Shown piece by piece: positions 50,599-62,048 of a stretch of DNA of 64,000 nt; within the stretch, counting starts at the first letter, position 1, and each line of letters begins with the position of its first letter. The notes under the pieces were generated by a model that saw only the letters and a list, made by a program, of their open reading frames with translations, ran no database searches and was not told where the DNA came from. Where the stretch lies: the NCBI GenBank assembly GCA_963744145.1, contig CAVUSO010000001.1, positions 352,001-416,000 on the forward strand, read 5' to 3'. The position numbers and the translations under genes were made by a program. Origin of the DNA: an uncultured cyanobacterium. GTDB lineage: Bacteria; Cyanobacteriota; Cyanobacteriia; Cyanobacteriales; CAWUOF01.

Positions 50599-50637
50599 GT
50601 TTGCAGGATTGTACAACGATCTTAGACGATCATTCTA
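50599..50637. promoter_or_regulatory. Candidate operator of the YqhC-like AraC regulator
   Basis: TTTGCAGGATTGTACAACGATCTTAGACGATCATTCTA: two imperfect half-sites about 21 bp apart in the divergent promoter. Confidence 0.4.
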
Positions 50638-50801
50638 TCGCTTGCCCTTTGAGATTCTTAGAATGAAGCTAAAGCAATAAAAAATGATTCCAGCTTCACC
50701 CTAGCATTCTGGATTTTTATTCAAGAGAGAAGGCAGTTTTGATTGGGCAAGGGACTCGCCTACTGATCACCAAAATGGCATCAAGCGAAGGAATTAAGAA
50801 C

Positions 50802-51188
50802 ATGGACATCAAAAGAAGTGGCTCACAACCTTCTACCAAAGGACCGGCTGATTATTTTACCGGCACTGTCCGGGTTGACCCCCTATTCGAGGCACAAGAT
50901 CCAGCACGCACGCTCGGTGTCAGTGTCACGTTTGAACCTGGTGCGCGAACTGCATGGCACACCCACCCCTTGGGACAGACCCTGATCGTGACGGCTGGCT
51001 GCGGTCTTGCCCAACGCTGGGGCGGACCGATCGAGCAAATTCGACCGGGGGACGTGATCTGGTTTCCACCAGGTGAGAAGCATTGGCACGGCGCTACGGC
51101 AACCACAGCCATGACGCATATTGCCATTCAGGAACTGCTTGATGGCAAACCCGTGGACTGGATGGAGCAGGTCAGCGACCAACATTAG
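50802..51188 (+). CDS. Cupin domain protein
   Basis: [20 protein letters not shown] and GEKHWHGA motifs; start MDIKRSG. Confidence 0.92.
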   Translation: MDIKRSGSQPSTKGPADYFTGTVRVDPLFEAQDPARTLGVSVTFEPGARTAWHTHPLGQTLIVTAGCGLAQRWGGPIEQIRPGDVIWFPPGEKHWHGATATTAMTHIAIQELLDGKPVDWMEQVSDQH

Positions 51189-51220
51189 GCGCAGACAGTA
51201 AACCAATAGAAGCATTATTT

Positions 51221-52279
51221 ATGTACAAAACGAAAGCTTATTCTGCAATCAGTGCCACATCACCATTGTCCTTTACCCAGATCCCACGGCGTGATCCAAC
51301 CGAACAAGATGTTCAGATTGAAATCCTCTTCTGCGGGATCTGTCACTCCGACCTCCATTCAGTGCGTAATGAGTGGAGCAGCATCATGCCCACTGTCTAT
51401 CCGATTGTCCCAGGTCATGAGATCGTAGGTCGTGTCACCAAGGTCGGTTCGGCAGTTACCAAGTACAAGCCCGGTGACCTTGCCGCAGTCGGCTGTATGG
51501 TAGACTCGGACGGCACTTGCCCCCATTGCCAGGCGCATCTTGAACAGTTTTGTTCAAACCTGACCCTCACCTTCAATTCCCCTGACAAACACCTGGTCGG
51601 TGTCACCTACGGTGGTTACTCCGATAGCATCGTTGTCCATGAACGCTTTGTGCTGCGAATTCCCTCCAACCTCAATCTCGCTGGAGCTGCGCCGCTCCTT
51701 TGTGCTGGAATCACCACCTATTCGCCTATGCGTCACTGGGGTGTCACCAAGGGCAAGAAGGTAGGCGTGGTCGGTCTCGGTGGGCTAGGCCACATGGGTG
51801 TGAAGTTCGCCCGTGCGTTCGGAGCCCATGTCGTCGTCTTCACCACCTCGCCCAACAAGACGGAAGACGCGCTTCGCCTCGGTGCTGACGAAGTTGTCGT
51901 CTCCCGCCACACTGACGAAATGCAGAAACATTCTGGCAGCTTCGATTTCATCCTCGACACTGTCTCTGCCCAGCACGACATCAACGCCTATCTCAACCTG
52001 CTCTGTCGTGACGGCAACATCACCCTGGTTGGCGCACCTGAGAAGCCCCTGGATGTTGTAGCATTCAGCCTGATCATGGGACGGCGCAGTCTCTCCGGCT
52101 CGATCATCGGCGGCATTGCTGAAACCCAGGAGATGCTTGACTTTTGCAGCAAGCACAATATCACCGCAGATGTCGAAGTCATTCCCATCCAGAAGGTGAA
52201 CGAAGCCTATGAGCGACTGCTCAAGTCCGATGTGAAGTACCGCTTCTGTATCGATATGGAATCACTTAAATCTGAATAA
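51221..52279 (+). CDS. NADP-dependent zinc alcohol dehydrogenase (CAD/YahK-like)
   Basis: CGICHSDLH, GHEIVG, APLLCAGITTYSP and GLGGLGHM motifs. Confidence 0.95.
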   Translation: MYKTKAYSAISATSPLSFTQIPRRDPTEQDVQIEILFCGICHSDLHSVRNEWSSIMPTVYPIVPGHEIVGRVTKVGSAVTKYKPGDLAAVGCMVDSDGTCPHCQAHLEQFCSNLTLTFNSPDKHLVGVTYGGYSDSIVVHERFVLRIPSNLNLAGAAPLLCAGITTYSPMRHWGVTKGKKVGVVGLGGLGHMGVKFARAFGAHVVVFTTSPNKTEDALRLGADEVVVSRHTDEMQKHSGSFDFILDTVSAQHDINAYLNLLCRDGNITLVGAPEKPLDVVAFSLIMGRRSLSGSIIGGIAETQEMLDFCSKHNITADVEVIPIQKVNEAYERLLKSDVKYRFCIDMESLKSE

Positions 52280-52288
52280 CTAAGGTAG

Positions 52289-53314
<1,026 letters not shown>

Positions 53315-53375
53315 GTCAGTGCTAGAATCATTGCATAATCAGTAGGTTTTTTCAACTAAAACTTTAAAAGTGGTC

Positions 53376-53422
53376 TCAGGTGTTAGGGTTTTAATCCTGA
53401 TACCTGAGTGCTTGTTGGCCTA
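53376..53422. terminator. Hairpin, copy 2 of the repeat at 49245
   Basis: TCAGGTGTTAGGGTTTTAATCCTGATACCTGAGTGCTTGTTGGCCTA. Confidence 0.6.
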
Positions 53423-53468
53423 TTGAGATTAGATTTTTGTTGAAAAAAGCGATCGTGAGGCTTTTTAG

Positions 53469-54182
53469 ATGAACATGAATGCTAACCATCAGAATCAGTA
53501 TGCGTTAGTGACAGGTGGCAATAAAGGGATTGGGTTTGCCATTTGCCAAGGGCTGCTGCAAGCTGGGTTTGAGGTGATTTTGGCGGCGCGATCGCTCGAC
53601 AAAGCCAAGCAAGCTATTGAACAATTGCAATCGGCTCATGTGCATCCTCTATTACTGGATGTCGCGGATGACAACACCATCCATCAAGCGGTTAGGTCGT
53701 TGCATCAGGACCTGGGGCAGCTTGATGTCTTGATCAACAATGCAGGCATTTATCCCGATCAAGGTGTCAATATCCTCACCATTGAGCGGACTTTGTTGGC
53801 TCAAGCGATGCAGACCAATGCCTTTGGTGCCATTCGGACTGCCCAGGCGTTTTTGCCGCTATTAGAAAAAGCCTCTGCTGCTCGCATCATCAATGTTTCC
53901 AGTGGCTATGGGGCGCTTGATAGCTTGTCTGCTAACGTCCCCAGCTATTGCCTATCAAAGCTGGCGCTGAATGGGGCAACCATCATGCTGGCAGAGGCGC
54001 TGCAACCGAAAGGCATTGCGGTGTATGCCATGTGTCCCGGTTGGGTGCGAACCGATATGGGTGGAGCATCTGCAACCCGATCGCCCGAGCAAGGCGCAGA
54101 TACCGCTATCTGGTTGGCGACAGAAGCTTCACTTGATTTGAGTGGGAAGTTTTTCCGCGATCGTCAAGAGATATCCTATTAA
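53469..54182 (+). CDS. SDR oxidoreductase (carbonyl reductase-like)
   Basis: TGGNKGIG, NNAG, YCLSK and PGWVRTDMGG motifs. Confidence 0.93.
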   Translation: MNMNANHQNQYALVTGGNKGIGFAICQGLLQAGFEVILAARSLDKAKQAIEQLQSAHVHPLLLDVADDNTIHQAVRSLHQDLGQLDVLINNAGIYPDQGVNILTIERTLLAQAMQTNAFGAIRTAQAFLPLLEKASAARIINVSSGYGALDSLSANVPSYCLSKLALNGATIMLAEALQPKGIAVYAMCPGWVRTDMGGASATRSPEQGADTAIWLATEASLDLSGKFFRDRQEISY

Positions 54183-54304
54183 TCACATATCTATACCACT
54201 CCTTAACAAGAAAATTTGCCTAGCTCAGTAGTCCCCTGTCTGGATATATCAATAGTGCAAATTTACGAATTGATAGGGAAGTCCCCTCACTGTTAACTAA
54301 AGAG

Positions 54305-55270
54305 ATGAACATTTTAATAGTTCGAGCCCATCACGAACCTAAAAGCTTTTCCAACGCTTTAGCCGACCAAGCTGCCAAAACGCTCAGTGAACTCGGAAAT
54401 AGCGTCGTCTTATCGGATCTTTACGCCTCGGATTTTGACCCAGTATCCGATCGCCGCAATTTTAGCAGTATCAAAAACCCCGATTATCTGAAGCAACAAG
54501 TTGAAGAAGCTTATGCCAGTGAAGTTGACGGGTTTGCTAGTAATTTGGAGTCTGAGATAAAAAAGCTCGAAGCAGCTGAACTGCTTATTTTTTCTTTTCC
54601 GCTGTGGTGGTTTGGTATGCCAGGGATTCTTAAGGGTTGGATTGATCGAGTTTTTGCTTCGGGGCGAATTTACGGCGGTGATCAGATTTATGAAAACGGA
54701 CTTGGCCAATCACGGAAACGAGGACTAATCTTGATGACCACAGGAGGTGGGCCAGATGTCTATAGTGGTTACGGAGTCAATCCATCAATGGCCACTATCC
54801 TAGCCCCGATCCAGCACGGCATCTATTGGTTCAATGGTTTTCTGCCGTTGGAGCCCTTTATCGCGTGGAGCCCAGCTCGCATCTCGCCTGAAGAGCGCAA
54901 GGCATATCTGGATCAGCTAGATCATCGACTGCGTAATCTCGACAGTGAAAAGGTTCAAGTCTTGCCGCCAATAAGCGATTTTCCCAACTGGGGTAAAGAC
55001 ACAAAAAAACGCTTCATGGTCACCGCCTCAAGGCTTAAAGTGGCCGATGAAACCTATCAGCAACTCGTACCAGAGGAAGTCAAACAGATCGCAGAACTTA
55101 AACGACAGGGAGTCCTGCTTAGCTCGTATATCGGCAGTCCGTCTGATCTAAGCTGGCATGCTTTTCTTGTCTTTCGCGAAACCTCATCAGAGGCTGTACA
55201 CCATCATTTACAAAGGCTGCCTCTTGCCCCTTACCTTAGTTTTGAAGTCACAGAGTTGCTACAAATGTGA
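54305..55270 (+). CDS. Flavodoxin-2 NAD(P)H:quinone oxidoreductase with an extra C-terminal domain of about 90 aa
   Basis: AHHEPKSF, SDLYASDFDP, FPLWWFGMPGILKGWIDRVF and TTGG motifs; the tail resembles a muconolactone-isomerase-like domain. Confidence 0.85.
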   Translation: MNILIVRAHHEPKSFSNALADQAAKTLSELGNSVVLSDLYASDFDPVSDRRNFSSIKNPDYLKQQVEEAYASEVDGFASNLESEIKKLEAAELLIFSFPLWWFGMPGILKGWIDRVFASGRIYGGDQIYENGLGQSRKRGLILMTTGGGPDVYSGYGVNPSMATILAPIQHGIYWFNGFLPLEPFIAWSPARISPEERKAYLDQLDHRLRNLDSEKVQVLPPISDFPNWGKDTKKRFMVTASRLKVADETYQQLVPEEVKQIAELKRQGVLLSSYIGSPSDLSWHAFLVFRETSSEAVHHHLQRLPLAPYLSFEVTELLQM

Positions 55271-55433
55271 ATCATGCGTAAAAAACTATGCAAGAAAAAC
55301 TGTAGAAGAATAGATAGCATTAAAAGGGACAATTCATAAATTGCTTTGAGGATGTTTGCAATTCACAAATTGCCCCGATGATTCGATCCCACAAGATTTT
55401 TGCCTACACCTTTACATGGTTTCCACAAAAATC

Positions 55434-57309
55434 CTAAGCAGGATAAATTCGCAAACGTCGGTTAGGTTCTTCACCAAAACTGCTAGATTTGAGCCGATAA
55501 TGTTCAACCAGTTCATGCTGCATTTTGCGGACTTTAGCAGAACGCGGTAATAACTCCACTGGTTGACCTTTGGGAATCACAATTTGCTCAACTGCCAGTC
55601 TAGCTTCTTCCAGAGCTTCGATTTCATCTTCACTATCACCTTGAGTAAACAAACGCAAATCAGCGACATCAGGATTACTCGGATCATCCATATCCAAAAG
55701 ACGACGTAAAGCACGAGTGATTTGGGGAATGGTGCTAGCTTTCACTGTATGGATTGGGACATGACGAGCTTTCGCGATCGGTCTCAGTTTAGAGTGAGTT
55801 TTGACGTGCGATCGCAAAGCCAGAACCGCGTCAGCACTATCCATATCTTTAGTCAAAACTACGGGCAAATTTAAGACCCGAATTACCTGCTCTAACTGAT
55901 GACGACTCACTGCGTATGGATAAATATGTAATGGCCAATCTTCTCCATTTGGGCCAATAATCCGTTCCACCTGCTCTTCATGATGATTGAATCGGTTCCC
56001 GAGTGGCACTGGGTCAGACATGGACTCATCTAACAGTTGCTCAAAATATTTCTCTTCCGCTAAGGATTCTGGTTCCTTTGCGGTTGGTATGGGCATCATC
56101 TGTCCCGAAGCCCGCCAACCTGTCACCCGTGGGACAGTATCAAAGGGTTCTGAACGGTTATATCCCCTTGAATTAGAAGTAAAAGGATTCTGTTGAATTG
56201 GTGCGGGTGTTTCTGGGAATACATTAGGTAACTCGTGAGTAATCAGAACTTCCCCAGTCTCACTAACTGTTCTCACCTGTGGATTAGGTTGACGTCCGCG
56301 CAGTAAGATATCAACGGTTTCCGATACCTGTTGATGAATTACCCAGCGCTGTCTTTCCAGCATTTCCACTGCAATATCAAAAGTAGGTGGAGCTTTGCGT
56401 TCCAAGACGGTTTTCTGAGAACCGCGACGACGTGCTTCATCATCTCCGAGGGTGACGGCTTGAATCCCACCGACTAAATCTGATAAGGTTGGATTTTTAA
56501 TCAGATTTTCAATGCGATTACCGTGGGCTGTACCCACTAATTGCACACCTCGTTCCGCAATAGTACGAGCAGCTAAAGCTTCTAGTTCAGTGCCAATTTC
56601 ATCGATTACAATCACCTCGGGCATATGATTTTCCACAGCTTCAATCATGACTTGATGCTGGAGTTCAGGACTAGCAACTTGCATCCGACGAGCGCGACCA
56701 ATGGCTGGATGAGGAATATCACCATCACCAGCAATTTCATTGGATGTATCGATAATGACTACTCTTTTGTTGAGTTCATCTGCCAAAACCCTAGCAATTT
56801 CCCGTAGTGCTGTCGTTTTGCCCACACCAGGACGCCCTAGCATTAAAATTGACCCTCCTGTTTCCACTAGGTCACGAATCATGCCGATCGTCCCGAATAT
56901 AGCTCGTCCCACCCGACAGGTTAAGCCAATAATTTCGCCAGTGCGATTGCGGATGGCACTGATTCGGTGTAAGGTTTGTTCAATTCCAGCACGATTATCA
57001 CCGCTAAAGTGGCCAATTCGCTGGATACAATGATTGAGATGATCTCGTGAAACTACTGTTTCGGACAGGTACTCTGCTTTTGATGGAAATCGACCTTCTG
57101 GACAACGTTCCGAGATCCATAACGACCTCAATCAGACTTTCCCGTTCCTGATGTTGCTCAAGTTGTTCTCGAATTTCTGCCGGCAAAATATCTAGTAATT
57201 TATTGAGATCGTCTGTAATCTGCATGCTTTCTACAGTGACTTGATCGATTAAAACCGGAGCTTGAGAATGGGGTTGTTCAAAAATTGGCACAGTCTTGAA
57301 ATGAACCAT
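55434..57309 (-). CDS. Ycf45-like AAA ATPase with C-terminal R3H domain, split by a 1-nt insertion near 57108
   Basis: GRPGVGKT, VIDEIG and RKMQH motifs; EVVMDLG and RCPEGRF lie in different frames around GGAACG (expected GGACG). Confidence 0.88.
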
Positions 57310-57381
57310 TTCTATGATTCGGGTAGATTTTATGGGAGAAAGTTAGTTCTATGGTTAGCTAATCGGATAGCGTTTTGATGC

Positions 57382-58533
57382 TCAATTGGAAATTGCTGTA
57401 ATCACCTCCTTGACTGGTAACGAAGTGCTTGATTTTAGTTGTCTGACCAGGGTATGGGCTATATGGACGGCTGGCCATAGTAGATCAGGCATACTTTCTA
57501 AATTTGTGATCGTAGATGTATGCTTGAGTTGATTTTGATCTATATAAATAGTGTCTAGTTGTTCTAGCATTGGTGAGAGCAGCACCCGAGCATAGCTACC
57601 ATAAGCAATCCCAGCTATAGATGGAGTTGGTTGAATAATTCCCCGATCTTTGATTAAGCTAATTTGCTTGAGCTTATCAACTGTATGGCTGTTGGTGCCA
57701 CCAGCTAATTGAATATATCCAGGTAATTTAGCCGCTAAAACTTTTTCAGCTAATTTGACCGCAGCATGGGTAGTCCCATCACCAATATCTCCACTCATTG
57801 GTCGCCCGTCGGTTTGCCAAATCAGGGGACAGGGGAGTGGAGAAATAGTGGCTAAGATCGACCAAAGGTAATCAATCAGATTTTCATGATCAGGAAAACT
57901 AATAGAGATGAGTTTGAGTTGGTGACTCCAAGGTGCGATCGCTTCCCATAAACGCTGAAAATCGGTTAAATGTCCGACTTGGGTATGAATTTCGATCGCT
58001 TGGATATTATTTCCTAAAATTAAAGGTGCGATCGCTGGTGGGGTAGTGACATAGGAACGGGTGTATATTTGTTGAATGGGGCATAGCGTTAAACAACGTC
58101 CACAGCCATAGCAGCGCTGATCGATTACCCCAGAAAATCCTGTTTGATCATCTGAAAAAGCGATCGCATCAGCGGGACAAATTTTTTGGCAAGGACGGGC
58201 ACAATCAGCGGGACAAAGCGCGGGATTAAATTCGGCTTTCCGAAAATGTGCATCTTCCCCATCGTTAAAGCTGACCATTAGCCAAGGTAAACTCTGAAAG
58301 CCAAACCCTCGCTGTTTTGCTTCTTTGCCTAACAGACTAGCAGCACGGATACCTTCTTGTGCAGCAGCAATGACTACCGGATCAGCAGCAATGTCAATAC
58401 AATCGGCCCCTGCTAAAGTGTACACCAAGGTAAGATTGCGAACAGCAGGCAGATGTTGAAAACTGGCTCCACAAATTAGCTTGAACCAGTGGCCGTTGTT
58501 GAGTGAATGTAATGGATGGAGTAGATCAGTCAC
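57382..58533 (-). CDS. ldpA: Circadian input 4Fe-4S protein LdpA
   Basis: WFKLICGASFQ, HFRKAEF, CPADCARPCQKICP, CYGCGRC, QTDGRPMSGDIG and QLAGGTN motifs. Confidence 0.93.
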   Translation of the reverse strand: MTDLLHPLHSLNNGHWFKLICGASFQHLPAVRNLTLVYTLAGADCIDIAADPVVIAAAQEGIRAASLLGKEAKQRGFGFQSLPWLMVSFNDGEDAHFRKAEFNPALCPADCARPCQKICPADAIAFSDDQTGFSGVIDQRCYGCGRCLTLCPIQQIYTRSYVTTPPAIAPLILGNNIQAIEIHTQVGHLTDFQRLWEAIAPWSHQLKLISISFPDHENLIDYLWSILATISPLPCPLIWQTDGRPMSGDIGDGTTHAAVKLAEKVLAAKLPGYIQLAGGTNSHTVDKLKQISLIKDRGIIQPTPSIAGIAYGSYARVLLSPMLEQLDTIYIDQNQLKHTSTITNLESMPDLLWPAVHIAHTLVRQLKSSTSLPVKEVITAISN

Positions 58534-58626
58534 ATTTCTATGCTAATACGCGACTGACACAATTGCGACATTTAGTTACAAATTTTTAGTAAATTGCTTT
58601 TTTTTCATGTCCCAGTATAGCCGATC

Positions 58627-59325
58627 TTAGCTGTTTTTGAGCTGATTACTTAATTTTTCCACGAAAGCAATATATTCCGGAGATTGCAAACCTGTTTGTA
58701 AAATTGTCAATACCTGCGACATTTTCCCTGCTAATAACTCATTAACTGCTAACCACAATCCCGGAAAAACCTGACTTCGCAAAATTCCATCAGCATCTGG
58801 TATTAAGTCGAGATATTCACCTGTTTCTAGATAAAACCAGCTTAATTTTTGATCAAGAACTTGCCAGACAATATATTCTTTCACTCCATTCCGACGATAA
58901 GCTTGTTTTTTAGCATGGAGATCGATCGCAATACTACTAGCGGCAATTTCCACGATTAATTCTGGTGCTCCTTCGATATAATCATCATCGCTTAATTTAG
59001 TTTGACCACCCGCTTCCTGCTCAATCAGGAGAACTAGATCAGGTTGAGGTTGATTATCTAAATCTAGCCGTACCGTAGGTTCAACTCCTGAAACAACACC
59101 AGGTGTTACAATTGTATAATTGAACAACCAACAGGTCAGCGCAGCATGGGGTTGACTGTGACTGTGAAAACGTAGTGCAGCACCCATATAAACAATTCCT
59201 TCGATTAATTCAGCTTTTGGCAAATTCGACATCACGTTATAGCGACGTTCAAATTCATAACGGGTTAGCTTGTCACCGTTGGTGAGAAAGGGAATTTCTC
59301 TGTGTTTAGTGAATGGGTTCAACAT
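58627..59325 (-). CDS. Uma2 (DUF820) family protein
   Basis: KAELIEGIVYM, QPDLVL, PELIVEIAASS and YRRNGVKEYIVW motifs. Confidence 0.92.
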   Translation of the reverse strand: MLNPFTKHREIPFLTNGDKLTRYEFERRYNVMSNLPKAELIEGIVYMGAALRFHSHSQPHAALTCWLFNYTIVTPGVVSGVEPTVRLDLDNQPQPDLVLLIEQEAGGQTKLSDDDYIEGAPELIVEIAASSIAIDLHAKKQAYRRNGVKEYIVWQVLDQKLSWFYLETGEYLDLIPDADGILRSQVFPGLWLAVNELLAGKMSQVLTILQTGLQSPEYIAFVEKLSNQLKNS

Positions 59326-59407
59326 GACTATATGTTATTGGATATTTTAGATGCGATCGCCCCGGATGATCTCTTCCAATTAGCAATTAATACTGAATAA
59401 TTATCTG

Positions 59408-59854
59408 CTAGTTATTATTAAAGATTGCACATTGAGCATTGCCACAATTGTTTAATTCAGTTGTCCGTTTTTTATTCATTTCTATTTTACAATAGTGAAT
59501 AGCTGTAGCCTTCGTTATTCCAGGAACACTACGAGAATGTTCAGCTTCAAATTCACATTGTTTATTTCTATTTTTAATCCAATTTCGCTGGGATTCAGCT
59601 AGTAATTGTCTTTGGTTACTGTCTAATTGAGTAGCAAGTATATGATAAACTCCATTCATTTGAATTTCCGTTGCTTTTTGATTAGATGCTGTACAGCGTT
59701 CTAGTTGGGAATTATTGGTATAATTGCTACAATCTCTTTCAGATAGAGCAATTTTAATAATTTCTTTTTGACTCGATCTCGATTCAGCATGAGTCCATAA
59801 ATTCGGAAAAAGTGTTAAGATGATGGTGAAACTGAAAAATAATTTTGTGTTCAT
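59408..59854 (-). CDS. LprI/DUF1311 family exported protein
   Basis: Signal peptide, LAESQRNWIKNRNKQC, characteristic Cys pattern. Confidence 0.8.
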   Translation of the reverse strand: MNTKLFFSFTIILTLFPNLWTHAESRSSQKEIIKIALSERDCSNYTNNSQLERCTASNQKATEIQMNGVYHILATQLDSNQRQLLAESQRNWIKNRNKQCEFEAEHSRSVPGITKATAIHYCKIEMNKKRTTELNNCGNAQCAIFNNN

Positions 59855-59925
59855 TTATTTATCCTCTAAAAATAGGGTTTTATCAGTCTCATGGCTCGAT
59901 TTATCCAAATATACCACCCAACAGG

Positions 59926-61839
59926 TTAAGATGCAATCTCAGCTAATTCTAACCAACGTTCCGTAGCAACATCGATCGCTTTGGTTAAAGTTTCCACTTG
60001 TTCATGGAGCTGTTGAACTTGAGAAATTGCTCCTGGTGCAGCATTATAAAGAGCTTTTTCCAGCTCCGCTTTTTCAGATTCTAGTTGAGCTATTTTACTT
60101 TCTAGCATCTCAAATTCCCGTTTTTCTTTCGAGGAAAGCTTACGTGGTTTATTTGGATCTGCTGATTTCCAAGATTTTGGTTGGGCTGATTTATTTTTTT
60201 CTTGGGAAACAATATTTTGCTCGGTTTCTTCAGCTTGTTTATAGTCTAGATAAATTGAGTAATTCCCTGGATATTGACGCAGATTACCATCGGATTCGAG
60301 GGCAAAAATTTTATCTACTGTTCGATCTAGAAAATAGCGATCGTGCGATACAGCAATCACACAACCATTAAAATCTTCTAGATAATCTTCTAATACAGCT
60401 AAAGTTTGGACATCTAAATCATTAGTTGGTTCGTCTAAAATTAACACATTAGGGGAACCCATCAAAATTCGCAACAAAAATAAGCGTCGTTTTTCACCTC
60501 CGGAAAGTTTATGAATTGGTGCATATTGCTGATTTCCCGGAAATAAAAATCTCTCTAACATTTGGGAAGCTGTAATTTGAGTACCATCAGCAATTTTGAT
60601 TAACTCTCCTTCTTCTTTAATATAGTCAATCACACGCTGATTTTCATTTAAAGCAGCTAATAATTCTTCTGAATGTTGGTCAAAATAACCAATGTGAATA
60701 GTTGTCCCAAGTTCTACTGTACCCGCATCTGGTTGGATACGTCCGGTAATAATATCCATTAGGGTAGATTTACCCGTACCATTACCACCAATAATTCCGA
60801 TCCGATCTTCCGGACTGAATTCATAAGTGAAGTTTTTGATTAAAAGGCGATCGCCATAACTTTTACAAATATTATTTAAGTCAATTACTTTTTTGCCAAT
60901 CCGACGACCAGGAGTAGCAATATCAACTTTACCTTGAACCTGTTTAAATTCCTTTACCTGCATATCTTGAATGCGCTGAATCCGGGCTTTTTGTTTAGTG
61001 CTGCGAGCTTTTGGTCCCCGTTTCAACCATTCTAATTCACGACGCAATACTCCTTGATGTTTCCGTTGAGAACTCACCGCTGATTCTTCAGCTAAAGCCT
61101 TTTTTTCCAAATAATAAGAATAGTTACCAGTATAAGTATATAAATCTCCCCGATCGATTTCTAAAATCCGATTAGTAACGCGATCGAGAAAATAGCGATC
61201 GTGAGTAATCAACAGAATCGCACCTCGATAACGATTGAGATAACTCTGTAACCATTCAACGGATAAAGCATCTAAATGGTTAGTTGGTTCATCCATTAAC
61301 AACACATCTGGTTCTGCTAACAATGCTGCTGCTAATGCAATTCTTTTCCGATAACCACCAGATAGAGTACCAATCCGAGCTTGAAAATCGGCAATTCCCA
61401 ATTTAGTAAGAATAATTTTAGCATTAGTTTCTAGTTCCCAAGCCCCAGTGCTATCCATTTGTTGCATCACACTAGATAGTCTAGCCATAATTTGACTATC
61501 CCCCTGAGCATGGGCAATTTTATCCGAGAGTAATTCATATTCACGTACCAAAGCTAAATGTTCACCACTATCAGCAAATACTTGCTCTAATACAGTGTGA
61601 TTTTCATCTAGATCTGGCTGTTGGGGCAAATATACTATTTTTGCTCCCGAGTTAATCAAAATTTGACCACTATCAATTGGCTCTAATCCAGCAATCATTT
61701 TTAACAGGGTAGATTTTCCTGAGCCATTAGTCCCAATTAGTCCCACTTTATCAGTAGGATCTAAGCTAAAATTAGCATCTTTGAGAATTTCTTTAATCCC
61801 AAAGTCTTTTTTGACCGATTGTAGTGTAAAAATACTCAT
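59926..61839 (-). CDS. ABC-F family ATPase (Uup-like)
   Basis: Two ABC cassettes (GTNGSGKST/LSGG/DEPTNHLD and GGNGTGKST/LSGGE/DEPTNDLD), KARSTKQKAR linker, C-terminal coiled coil. Confidence 0.95.
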   Translation of the reverse strand: MSIFTLQSVKKDFGIKEILKDANFSLDPTDKVGLIGTNGSGKSTLLKMIAGLEPIDSGQILINSGAKIVYLPQQPDLDENHTVLEQVFADSGEHLALVREYELLSDKIAHAQGDSQIMARLSSVMQQMDSTGAWELETNAKIILTKLGIADFQARIGTLSGGYRKRIALAAALLAEPDVLLMDEPTNHLDALSVEWLQSYLNRYRGAILLITHDRYFLDRVTNRILEIDRGDLYTYTGNYSYYLEKKALAEESAVSSQRKHQGVLRRELEWLKRGPKARSTKQKARIQRIQDMQVKEFKQVQGKVDIATPGRRIGKKVIDLNNICKSYGDRLLIKNFTYEFSPEDRIGIIGGNGTGKSTLMDIITGRIQPDAGTVELGTTIHIGYFDQHSEELLAALNENQRVIDYIKEEGELIKIADGTQITASQMLERFLFPGNQQYAPIHKLSGGEKRRLFLLRILMGSPNVLILDEPTNDLDVQTLAVLEDYLEDFNGCVIAVSHDRYFLDRTVDKIFALESDGNLRQYPGNYSIYLDYKQAEETEQNIVSQEKNKSAQPKSWKSADPNKPRKLSSKEKREFEMLESKIAQLESEKAELEKALYNAAPGAISQVQQLHEQVETLTKAIDVATERWLELAEIAS

Positions 61840-62048
61840 TTAATTTCTAGATCTTACAAAGTATTATTTTTAGCACTTTAGATCGTTTTTATCAATTTTG
61901 ACCAGATATTCATATCGGTTGGAAGTCAAGGGTTTTTGACCCCTACAGTGATTCAACCCTAATGCAAAGGCTACAAAAAGTCGCTTCGACTGACCCTCAG
62001 AAGAAGGCTGCGCTTTTGTGTGAGACATGATAGAATGATGAATGAGTA

